A program made the position numbers and the translations under genes. Under the pieces are notes generated by a model. It was given only the letters and a program-made list of their open reading frames with translations, was not told where the DNA came from and ran no database searches. 64,000 nucleotides of DNA from Neocallimastix sp. 'constans' (Eukaryota): contig JBODTK010000145.1 of assembly GCA_050613775.1 (NCBI GenBank), forward strand, positions 310,001 through 374,000. Reading direction: 5' to 3'. Shown here piece by piece: positions 1-9,364 of this stretch (within the stretch, counting starts at the first letter, position 1; each line of letters begins with the position of its first letter).

Positions 1-421
1 AATCTATCAAAGTTTTATACGATAAGTTCCTTTAGCCTTTTAGTGATAACGCAGATAAAATCGATTGTTAATGTCTTATAGACAAAAGGAAGTAATATTG
101 TTAGATTCTTTATTATGTCTAACTTATTGTTAGCTGAAAAGAATAAAACAAATTATTTTCCCCTATATCAATAGTATCTGAACACTAAAATGTTACGAAA
201 ACAGAGACCAACTTCTGTCGCTTTGGAAGTCGTATAAACCTTATATTTATATTTTAATCTTTGTTTTCTTAATTATAAAATTATAATATTAATTATAAAA
301 TTATTAATTGATAAAATAGAATAGTACTATTGACTCACAACTATAGAAAAAACCGTCAGTACTATTATAACTAGTGCCGCGAGTAAGCACGAAATAAAAT
401 TTTAAAATACTATATAATTTT

Positions 422-610
422 AATCTTACGCCTTCGGTGACGTAAGCTCCTTATTCGCCAGAGTTGTTGCAAACCTAGAACCGTTTTCCTTTATAATAGG
501 CTACGGTGCTCTCTTATAGCGTTTTACCTAGTCTAGAACCAAATCTATTCGTCGAGTGCAACACTAAAGAAGATAATTCTTCTAACTCTGTATATGAGCT
601 CTATTCGCTC
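422..610 (-). other. Conserved structured RNA module, copy A (probably in the leader of a second retroelement extending off the left edge)
   Basis: 40-nt block 422-461 is identical to 8916-8955, and 588-610 matches 9123-9145 at 21/23. The interior differs in sequence but folds similarly (TGTTGCA/TGCAACA stem, AGAAGA-TAAT-TCTTCT hairpin). Strand assigned by analogy with copy B. Confidence 0.7.
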
Positions 611-751
611 GTATAAACGCCTTTTTAAATAAATAAATAAAAAAAAATAAAATTGAACAGGTTTTTCTTGCTATTATTTCAAGCAAGTAATTTATTAAAA
701 TAATTAAAAATAAAAAATTATTATTACAATTATTAATATTATTATTATTAT

Positions 752-802
<51 letters not shown>

Positions 803-1056
803 CTAAGCTAATTTAAAAAATTTATTATTTTTGTAATAAATTAAATGAAAAAAAATTTTTTTTTTTTTTTTTTATTTATCTAGAACTAATTGATTTATTC
901 ACTAAATTAATCTAAAATATTTATCTAAAAATTAAAAATTTTTTTCTTATTAAATTAATTTAATATTATTTATCTAATTATTAATTAATTTTGTTGGGTA
1001 AATATTAGAATTAATTTTGAAGGGTTAAGGTAATACAAGATTAATTTAATATTATC

Positions 1057-1104
<48 letters not shown>

Positions 1105-2117
1105 GTTAAGGTAATGTAAGTTTTATCTTAATAGGGTAGTACAAGTTTAATTTGAATTATATGATCGGGTAGTACAAGAATTTTTGTTATAAAAATTAAT
1201 TTCAACAACCATAGGATTAGGATTATCCGGTAATATAATAGATACAAAGGATTGAATTATATAATAGTGAGGGTAACTCAAAACAGACAAGGTGATAATT
1301 TGAATAGGAATCAATAGGCAGTAATTATTCGTCTGGGAGGAGATAGAATCCGAGATTAAAAGATATAGAAGTCCGGTATTAAAGAGATAGTAGATAAAAA
1401 GATTTATTCAAAGATTATTAGATTAAGATAGAGAGAACCGGAAGAGTAGGTATTAGTAAAAGTAGAAACCCAACGATTGCCAAAAGATATTAAGAAAGTA
1501 GAATTCCTAAAAGTGCGGTAGAATGTCTGCGGGATAGCGCAAAGGTATTGAGGGCTTGGATTAGCAGGTGCTTTTATTGTAACGGAGGTGCTTCTATTGT
1601 AACGGCGGGACGGGGTATAGAAACACACAAAAGAAGAAAACTCAATAGGTTTACACTATCTGTATAAATAATTCGTTTTATTAGAAATATTTTTTATTAA
1701 TTATAAAATTTAAAATAATTATTAATATTAATCAACAAGGTAATATTTCGAATTACTTATACGTTAATTATTATTAATAAAAGCACGAAGAAAAATATTT
1801 TCATTCGTGAAGTTCGCACTATTTATACTTTTAACGGAAAAACAGTTTTAACATGTAAAAATAATTTTAAAGAAATATTTAAAAATATGTTTGTAATAAT
1901 TAATAATGTAAAGTTTTTAGAATATAGATTTTAATTGATGAAAATGAATCTTATCAAAAAAGAATAAAATAATTTATATAATAAGAATTTCTAAATTCAT
2001 TTCGGTTGAATTACGAACCGAAAGAATCTTTAACTTTCTATAATTTTATACAGAAAGAATATTCAAGAAGATATTATTAATAATTAATAAAATAATTAAT
2101 AAAATAATTATTAATGC

Positions 2118-2194
2118 AAAATGGGTTGAGGTGTGAGTCGAACCCATGAAGTATTGGTCATGGTCAATGTAACTAACCATTGAACCAAAGTTCT
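2118..2194 (-). other. tRNA-like Pol III cassette (degenerate tRNA or SINE head)
   Basis: Minus strand reads ...TGGTTCAATGGTTAG (A-box like)...GGTTCGACTC (B-box)...CCCATTTT (T4 terminator like) with tRNA-like spacing. Acceptor and T stems pair poorly, so it is not a canonical tRNA. Confidence 0.55.
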
Positions 2195-2205
2195 AATTTT
2201 ACTAA

Positions 2206-2209
2206 CCGA
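2206..2209. repeat. Left 4-bp target site duplication CCGA
   Basis: CCGA immediately precedes the TG of the left LTR, and the same CCGA follows the CA of the right LTR (10201-10204). Confidence 0.85.
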
Positions 2210-2512
2210 TGTTAAGGTTTTAGAGAATTAAATAAAAATAAAGTAAGGAAACACAAATTTTATTTATTTATTTATTATTTTTATTTATAAATTTATTTGA
2301 TTTTATTTGATGATATTTAAAAATTAGTAGCAAAATTTACAACTATTTATACTTTTTTTTCAAGGCATAAAAGTTGTTCTTGCCACTAAATTACATTTTA
2401 TTATTATTTTTCTTTTTATATATGAAACTATTAAATTTAAATTGATTTTTATAATCAATTATATAAAATTTAATTATAACAATATAAATAAAATACATTT
2501 ATAATATTAATA

Positions 2513-2559
<47 letters not shown>

Positions 2560-3046
2560 CTATCTAAAATATTACTAATAAGAATTTATTTAATTGGCTA
2601 AAATTTTTATTACAATCTGTTAAAATATTCAAATAAAAATAAAAATACTATTCTAATATAAAGGTTTTTAATAAAATAAAATATTTTTCAATATAAAATA
2701 AAACATTTCGATATAAAATTTTATAATAAAAGTTAAAATATAATATATAAATTTTTAATTATCAATATATAAAAATATTATTAATACAAATTTTCATTAT
2801 TAATATAAAAATAAAAAAATAAGATTTATTATTAATATTGTTAATATAAGTTTTAAATATATAAAAATATTACTATTAATATAAGATTTAATATAAAAAT
2901 TATAAAGTTTAATATAATTTTTGATCTAATTTTTAATCTTTGAATTTAAAAATTTATTAAAGTACAAAAATAATAATGTACACATAATGTATTAGAAATA
3001 AATCGTAGATTTAATTAAGAATGCATTATTTAGTACATTCTTATCA
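2210..3046 (-). repeat. 3' LTR (837 bp)
   Basis: Starts TGTTAAGG and ends CTTATCA (imperfect terminal inverted repeat). Near-identical to 9365-10200. Confidence 0.95.
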
Positions 3047-3064
3047 AGATGCCCCGACGAAGAC

Positions 3065-6000
3065 TCAAGCTTCTCTGTAAGCGGAGTTAAACTTTACTAA
3101 ATTTTTAAAATGAACATTCCTATCGAGTTGTTTCCCAGTTTTCTGATCGATTAAGGTTGCCGTGTTGAATTGAATTTTTAAAATTTTAAATGGTCCATTG
3201 TAATATGGTTCTAGCTTAGTGCGGCTAAAGTTTCTAACAAGAACAAGATCACCAGCTTTTAATTCTTTTCCTTTTTTCATACTTATTTGTTCTTCTCGTC
3301 TTGTTGCCCAATACTTGTTAGCATTCTTCACATTTTCGCATGCTTCTCTAGTCCATTGATAATGACGAACAAATTTTTCCATTAAAATTTCATCATACGA
3401 TTTACCTGCATTTTCAATTGTTCTTATGGCTATATCATAAGGCTGTTGGTCTTCTCTTCCATATACTAATTCAAAACTAGAATGTCCGGTAGCTGTGTTT
3501 TTGGTAGTTCGAAGTGCCCATAAAGCAGAAGGTAAAACTACATCCCAATCTTGATTTTTCCTTCCTAATAAACGAAGTAATTTTCCAATTTCTTTATTTC
3601 GGTTTTCAGTGAGACCATTGGATTCAGGGTGATAGGTAGCTATGAATTTTACATAAACATCATAAAGATCAAGAAAGATTTTAGTCATATCAGAAGTGAA
3701 TTGGACTCCATTATCTGTAGTAATAACTTGAGGCACACCATGTCTTGCAAAAACGTTTATTAAAAATTTAATTATATCAGAGGAAGTTATGTTTTCAGTG
3801 GGTTCGGCTTCAACCCATTTGGTAAAGTAATCAACAGTTACTATAATATATTGATTATTATTTCTTGTTTTTGGTAACGGTCCTATAATATCTAATCCTA
3901 AATGCACAAAGGGACCCTCCACTTTAGTTGGATGGTTTTCGGTTGGTTCTGGATATGGTTGAGGACGATTTAACTGGCATTTTTCACAATTACTAACAAT
4001 TCTTTTGATATCTTTAATCATATGATTCCAATAAAAGTTTTTCTTAAGTCTTTGATATGTTTTGTAATATCCTTCGTGGCCAATATTATGAGCTTCTAAA
4101 ATTAATTTAAACCTTTCATTTTCGTCCGTTATTAATTTTCTATAATTTCCATTGTCGATAAAATAATCTTCACCATCAATAACAGTAAACTTTTCATTAA
4201 TAAATTCCTTTATAACTTTAGATAATAATTCTTCATTATTTCCATTAGTAATTTTTGTTAATAATATCTTTCTCTCTTCCTTACTTTTCATTCTTGAAAG
4301 AGCATCAGCTAACACATTCTTTTTGCCTGATTCATATTTTATATTAATTCCGAGCATACTAGCGGTTAGACACCATCTTGTTTGCCTTGCATTCAAAGGT
4401 TCTTTATTCTTAAATAAACCAACTAATGGTTTATGATCTGTGTAAATAGTTGTAGGTAATGGATTTCCTTCAATATAAGATTTAAATTTAGTCATACAGT
4501 AAAACAAAGCGGTTCCTTCTAAATCGGTAATACCATAATTCTTTTCAGCTTTCTTTAAACTTCTACTTATAAAGTGTATTGGATGCTCCTTACCGGTTTC
4601 TTCTTCTTTTTGTAAAAGAACTCCACCAATTCCATTATACGAAGCATCAGTTCTAATGATAAAAGGTTTGTCAAATGACGGAAATTTTAGAATAGGTGCA
4701 TTGATTAATTTTTCTTTTAGGAGTTCAAAGCTTTCTTGTTGTTCTTTATTCCATTCATATTTGGTATTCTTTTTCAATAATTTACATAAAGGTGAGGTAA
4801 TTTGAGCATATTTAGGAATAAAATCACGATAATATCCCACTGCTCCTAAAAATGATCTTAATTCATGAAGTGATGAAGGGGCTTCCCACTTCTTAATAGC
4901 TGTTATCTTACTTTCCATGGGACTTAATCCTTTAGTAGTAAGTTTGTGACCTAATACATCAACTTCAGTTTGAAGAAAATGGCACTTTTCAATATTAATT
5001 TTTAACTTGTTTTCTTTAAATACTTCTAATACTTGTTTAATATGAATTAAATGTTCTTCGATACTTTTTGAATAGATCAAAACATCATCAATAAATACAT
5101 AAACAAATTCACCAATAAAAGGGAATAAAATTTTATTCATTTCTCTTTGGAAGGTTGAGGGAGCTCCAGTAAGTCCAAAAGGCATAACCTTAAATTGATA
5201 ATTTCCAAACTTAGTAGTGAAAGTGGTTACTTCAACGCTTTCTTCATCCATTAAGATTTGGTGAAAACCAGAAAATAAATCAAGAGTTGTAAATATTTTA
5301 GCTCCTCCGAGACTATCAAAAATTTCATCTATATATGGAACTGAATAAGAATCTTTTTCTGTCATATCATTGACTTTTCGGTAGTCAATGCACAAGCGCC
5401 ACTTTCCATTGTGTTTTAGAATGAGTACTACTGGAGATGACCATTCTGAACAGGATGGTTCTATCAATCCTTTCTTAATAAGCTTTGTAAGTTCTTCTTT
5501 TAAGATATCTGATTTTAATTTAGTTAACCTATAACTTCTTAATTTTACTGGCTTTGCATTTGCTTTCAAACGGATCTTATGTGGTGAAAGTTTAGAAGGA
5601 GTTAGTTCTTCTGTTGAAGTGGCAACTATGTCAATCATTTCTTTGAGAATTTTAATAATTTGTTCTTTATAATCTTTATTTAAGGTACTTAAAAATTCAT
5701 CACTCTCAATAAATTCCATTGGAGTTAATTCCTTTATAATTTCCTTTTCATTATTCGTTTCTTCAACTTTTCTAATAGTGCAGATTATACTTTCTTCATC
5801 ATAATATTGATTATTTATTTTAGCTATTTCTTCGTATTCACTTTCTGACAAAAGTTTACATAGACTGTTTAAGGTTGGATGAATAAATAAACAATGATCG
5901 ATTTGAGTTTTAAAGTTTATTAACATATCATAAAATGAGTCTTCTTTCTCAATAATTCTAAAGTCCGCATTAAATTCATAATTATTAATTTTTACTGGTA

Positions 6001-7075
6001 ATCGAACAATAATTCCTTCCGAGTATTCTTCATCTTGTGTTGCTAGTTGGATTCTTCCACGACTTTTTCCAACTGTTTCATATTCACCAGGTAATTTATC
6101 AAAATACTGCTTAGTAACGATGCTTAGGTTACTACAAGAATCAATTAAAAGTTTTCCTAGTACTCCGTCAACACTTGCATCAACCATTGCTAAGTCTTCT
6201 TCGGCTACTTCATTACTTTTACTTATGTAGCTATGGTCATAGTTATTTACTAATAAAGTTCGTGCTATTACATTGTCTACAGTTCCAATTATTTTAGACT
6301 TTTCTAACTTTAAACCTTGAGTTAATTGTGAACGAATTTTAGGACATGCATTCAAGAGTTGACCTATCGTAATACTGGATTTAAGATTATTTAAATCATC
6401 CATAATATTGTAAGGTTCTTTATTATTCATCATTTTGATATTCCTTTTTACTAATTGAGTATTTCCATTATTAGTTTCCTTAGTTTTTGTTGAAATTAAT
6501 TTTTCCAAAGTATTAGTTTTATTTTGTTGATTATCTTTATTCATTTCTAGATCTTCTATTTCATTATCGATTACAAGTATATCTTCAGATTCAACTTTTT
6601 CCTTTCCTTTTGATGAATAATTGTTGTTTTCTTCTTTACTTTCTCTTACTCTTGTCATATTTCTTAATTCCTTTTCTTTTTGTTTTTCTTTGTTAATATT
6701 TGGTTGAGTTAAAATTGAAGGAAGTATTTGATTTTTATAAACTTTATTTGGTTTATTATGCAGCTCATTTTCTTTCTTCTTTCTTAAAGCAGGAGTTGCA
6801 AAAGGACGTGGATTATCTTTTAAACTTTTATGTACTTTCTTGGAATTATTTTCTTCTTTTTCGCTGTTATTATCATTCATTTTTCTTTTTATAGCATTTA
6901 TAATGATATCATCCTCACTTTCAGTTGTGTCACTAAAATCAGATTCTTCAGATTCTTCATTAAAGGAATTATTATCAATTGGAGTATTCTTAGTAAAAGT
7001 ATTATTTTGTAAATTATTTAATGAAGCTATTGTTTTGTCATTGGGAGTGCTTCTGCTCCCATTTAGAAGTTTAAA
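3065..7075 (-). CDS. pol: Pol polyprotein (aspartic protease, reverse transcriptase, RNase H, integrase), expressed as Gag-Pol via -1 frameshift; first in-frame ATG at 6880
   Basis: LIDSCS protease motif; RT motifs WRLCIDYR, LDLFSGFHQ, MPFGL, FIDD; RNase H TDAS...TDHKPL...ADALSR; integrase HHCC (H..GH...CEKC), DDE core and C-terminal GPF motif. The frame is open from the slippery site at 7075 to the stop at 3065. Confidence 0.96.
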   Translation of the reverse strand, partial: FKLLNGSRSTPNDKTIASLNNLQNNTFTKNTPIDNNSFNEESEESDFSDTTESEDDIIINAIKRKMNDNNSEKEENNSKKVHKSLKDNPRPFATPALRKKKENELHNKPNKVYKNQILPSILTQPNINKEKQKEKELRNMTRVRESKEENNNYSSKGKEKVESEDILVIDNEIEDLEMNKDNQQNKTNTLEKLISTKTKETNNGNTQLVKRNIKMMNNKEPYNIMDDLNNLKSSITIGQLLNACPKIRSQLTQGLKLEKSKIIGTVDNVIARTLLVNNYDHSYISKSNEVAEEDLAMVDASVDGVLGKLLIDSCSNLSIVTKQYFDKLPGEYETVGKSRGRIQLATQDEEYSEGIIVRLPVKINNYEFNADFRIIEKEDSFYDMLINFKTQIDHCLFIHPTLNSLCKLLSESEYEEIAKINNQYYDEESIICTIRKVEETNNEKEIIKELTPMEFIESDEFLSTLNKDYKEQIIKILKEMIDIVATSTEELTPSKLSPHKIRLKANAKPVKLRSYRLTKLKSDILKEELTKLIKKGLIEPSCSEWSSPVVLILKHNGKWRLCIDYRKVNDMTEKDSYSVPYIDEIFDSLGGAKIFTTLDLFSGFHQILMDEESVEVTTFTTKFGNYQFKVMPFGLTGAPSTFQREMNKILFPFIGEFVYVFIDDVLIYSKSIEEHLIHIKQVLEVFKENKLKINIEKCHFLQTEVDVLGHKLTTKGLSPMESKITAIKKWEAPSSLHELRSFLGAVGYYRDFIPKYAQITSPLCKLLKKNTKYEWNKEQQESFELLKEKLINAPILKFPSFDKPFIIRTDASYNGIGGVLLQKEEETGKEHPIHFISRSLKKAEKNYGITDLEGTALFYCMTKFKSYIEGNPLPTTIYTDHKPLVGLFKNKEPLNARQTRWCLTASMLGINIKYESGKKNVLADALSRMKSKEERKILLTKITNGNNEELLSKVIKEFINEKFTVIDGEDYFIDNGNYRKLITDENERFKLILEAHNIGHEGYYKTYQRLKKNFYWNHMIKDIKRIVSNCEKCQLNRPQPYPEPTENHPTKVEGPFVHLGLDIIGPLPKTRNNNQYIIVTVDYFTKWVEAEPTENITSSDIIKFLINVFARHGVPQVITTDNGVQFTSDMTKIFLDLYDVYVKFIATYHPESNGLTENRNKEIGKLLRLLGRKNQDWDVVLPSALWALRTTKNTATGHSSFELVYGREDQQPYDIAIRTIENAGKSYDEILMEKFVRHYQWTREACENVKNANKYWATRREEQISMKKGKELKAGDLVLVRNFSRTKLEPYYNGPFKILKIQFNTATLIDQKTGKQLDRNVHFKNLVKFNSAYREA
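7042..7075 (-). promoter_or_regulatory. Programmed -1 ribosomal frameshift signal
   Basis: U_UUA_AAC heptamer in the gag frame (7075-7069), a 7-nt spacer, then hairpin UGGGAG-CAGAAGCA-CUCCCA (7061-7042). A -1 shift enters the pol frame. Confidence 0.88.
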
Positions 7076-7974
7076 GACTTTTTGGAATATATTTCTTTTT
7101 TATTTTTTTCCATAATCTTATTTAATTGAGGGCAATAGTATGAGTAATGACCTTCTTCCTTACAGAAGAAGCAAGTTTTAACAGATAAATTTCTCATTTT
7201 CTGGGTTGATTCTTCTATAATATCTTGAGGTTTCAGTTTATTATTTGTTTGACTTGTTTGGAAAGTTTCGTTTCTTCTTTTAGGATAAAGTCTTGAAGTA
7301 GTACTGTTTTGATTATTTTGATTATGCTGGGAATTATTAACATTATAGGTATTAATATTATTGTTCCTTACAGAAAGTCTATCTACTTTCTCGGCAATTT
7401 TGAAAGCTTTCTCCATACTTATATCATCTTTAAGGGATAATTTCTTCCAGGCTTCATAATTATTTTGAATAGAATCAATATAATCTAGTACACCAATGCG
7501 CTTTATTCTCTTTTTATCAAGTTTAGTGTACAAAGTTCTATATCTTACATTAAAGTCTTTAATCTTTTCGTTTCTTTTAATTCGCATTGCACGAAGTTCT
7601 TTAAGAAGTAAATTTTGGTCTTCTTTAATACCGTAAAAATTTTCAAGACTTGAAATAATTTTTCCAAGAGAAGGAAATTTAATATCATCATCAACATTTT
7701 CTTCTTCATCATCTTCTTCTTCTTCATCTGATGAATCATCACTTTCATCATCACTATCTTCTCCCAAATCTTCAATAACGCGTTGTACTTCACCAGAGCT
7801 GGTAAGTAAACAAGCATTAAATATTGTTTCTGGATCTGTAATACCTTGTATCTTGATCCAAAGTTTTAATTCAGTAGCCCAGGACTTAATATCTAAATTG
7901 TCCTTGCTAAGTTTCACAATATCTCTTAATTCTTTTTTCAATTCTTTAAAGCTCAAAGTTGTTTCCTTGGACAT
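7063..7974 (-). CDS. gag: Gag protein with C-terminal CCHC zinc knuckle
   Basis: ATG at 7974 (MSKETT...); CFFCKEEGHYSYYC knuckle; lies directly upstream of pol inside the LTRs. Confidence 0.9.
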   Translation of the reverse strand: MSKETTLSFKELKKELRDIVKLSKDNLDIKSWATELKLWIKIQGITDPETIFNACLLTSSGEVQRVIEDLGEDSDDESDDSSDEEEEDDEEENVDDDIKFPSLGKIISSLENFYGIKEDQNLLLKELRAMRIKRNEKIKDFNVRYRTLYTKLDKKRIKRIGVLDYIDSIQNNYEAWKKLSLKDDISMEKAFKIAEKVDRLSVRNNNINTYNVNNSQHNQNNQNSTTSRLYPKRRNETFQTSQTNNKLKPQDIIEESTQKMRNLSVKTCFFCKEEGHYSYYCPQLNKIMEKNKKEIYSKKSLNF

Positions 7975-8149
7975 TTTGTTTAAATATTTCTTGTTGTATA
8001 TTAATGAGGTGATTAAATAAGAATAAATTTGGAAATACAACTTTAAAAATATAATTTAATAGGTAATTTAATATCGAATCAATTTTTAAAACAATATATT
8101 TTAGTAACTTTTGAAAATAATAATTTTATTTGCTTTCTTTAGTAGATAT

Positions 8150-8340
8150 AAGCTCGAAATCCTTATCGACAACTTAGTAGAAATTATAAAGCACGAGGTT
8201 CTTTTCGACTACTTTATTAAGAATAATTTTTAAGTTCGAAATCTTTATCGACAACTCAATAGAATAATTTTAAGTTCGAAATCTTTATCGACAACTCAAT
8301 AGAATATTTTTCAAGCTCGAAACCTTTATCGACCACTTGA
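8150..8340. repeat. Five ~40-bp tandem repeats in the retrotransposon leader
   Basis: Units begin at about 8150, 8189, 8232, 8272 and 8313; consensus AAGYTCGAAAYCTTTATCGACAACT plus an AT-rich linker. Confidence 0.85.
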
Positions 8341-8915
8341 ATTTTGTAATTTAGTATATTTGTAGTAATAAATTTAGAAGCAAAGTTTTATTTATTATTT
8401 TCACCTTTCAAAAATTTTTCTTTTTAAACGATAAATATTGTATTGTTATAGCTAATAAAATTATTAATTAATTATAATTATTAAATACAAAAAAATAATC
8501 TTTATTGTCGTACAATCTGATAGTACACACTGTCTGACGTGCAGCTTACCTAATGGTGTCATGCCACGCGTGTGCCACGATTACTATATTCAATATAAAA
8601 TATAGCAGTTCAGAGCCTACTAGCCCAATTACTATGTAGGATAAACTTAATCCAATAATCTATGTACGGAATAAAAAAAATTTTAAAAGTATTCAATAAT
8701 ATTTTTATTAACTAATAAAAATTAGCTAAAAACACAATATTTTCAAAGTAAATTAAGATTCTATTACAGGAATTATATAACAAATAAAGTACCAGTAATA
8801 AAGAAAAAAAAATAAAAAAATTTAAATGGCGAAGTTAGCCAAAGTCTGATACTTTATATAATAAAGTGCCTTATAACTAGCACAAAGAAAAATAAAAAAA
8901 AATATAAAAAAAAAC

Positions 8916-9145
8916 AATCTTACGCCTTCGGTGACGTAAGCTCCTTATTCGCCAGTGCTTGGAAAGTACCCGCACCTTCGTGTGTTGAAACGTTGAAGGC
9001 TGAACTATTATTACCGGGTCGGTAACCAAATACCTTCGTCTACTTTCCAATTAATCTCCAAATTAACTACTATTCAATAACCTACTATGAATAGAGTTAA
9101 TTTGTTGCTATCTGAGAATACACTGTGTATGAGCTCTATCCGCTC
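8916..9145 (-). other. Conserved structured RNA module, copy B, in the Gypsy 5' leader
   Basis: Shares conserved blocks with 422-610. Stems: CAGTG/CACTG, TTGGAAAGTA/TACTTTCCAA, AAATTAACT/AGTTAATTT, CTTACG/CGTAAG. Confidence 0.75.
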
Positions 9146-9340
9146 CTTGTTATAATTTTACAAAATTTGTTTTTTTAGAATCTTAATTTTACTTATTTAA
9201 AAAAAATTTTTTTTTTTTTATATATATATATCAAACAAGCGCCATAGGTTAATCAAAGGATTAACGACTTACTTGTTTATCAATATAAAATAAAAAAAAT
9301 TAAAAAAAATCTATGTTATTTACTATTATTTCTATTTAAT

Positions 9341-9358
9341 ACCCCGATATCTCCACCA
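9341..9358 (-). promoter_or_regulatory. Primer binding site complementary to the tRNA-Ala 3' end
   Basis: Minus strand TGGTGGAGATATCGGGGT lies 6 nt inside the 5' LTR. Its complement ...CCCCGAUAUCUCCACCA fits a tRNA-Ala 3' end (U70 of the G3:U70 identity pair, A73, CCA). Confidence 0.8.
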
Positions 9359-9364
9359 TATAAA

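Noticed and set aside
1404..1628. Short ORFs such as 1404-1628, 17189-17464, 41210-41603, 48613-48948 and 56412-56660
   Set aside because: Short, often with non-ATG starts or low complexity, and with no recognisable domains.
2118..2194. Functional tRNA gene
   Set aside because: Acceptor, anticodon and T stems do not pair properly; only the promoter boxes are convincing.
8150..8340. CRISPR-like repeat-spacer array
   Set aside because: Linkers are short and similar to each other; it is a tandem repeat inside a retrotransposon leader.
8916..9145. HDV-like or hairpin ribozyme assignment for the leader module (contains GGCGAAU after a stem)
   Set aside because: No P1/P3/P1.1 elements (no UCC loop or GG before the stem) and no AGAA/GUC plus AGAAACA loop pair. 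Left unassigned.
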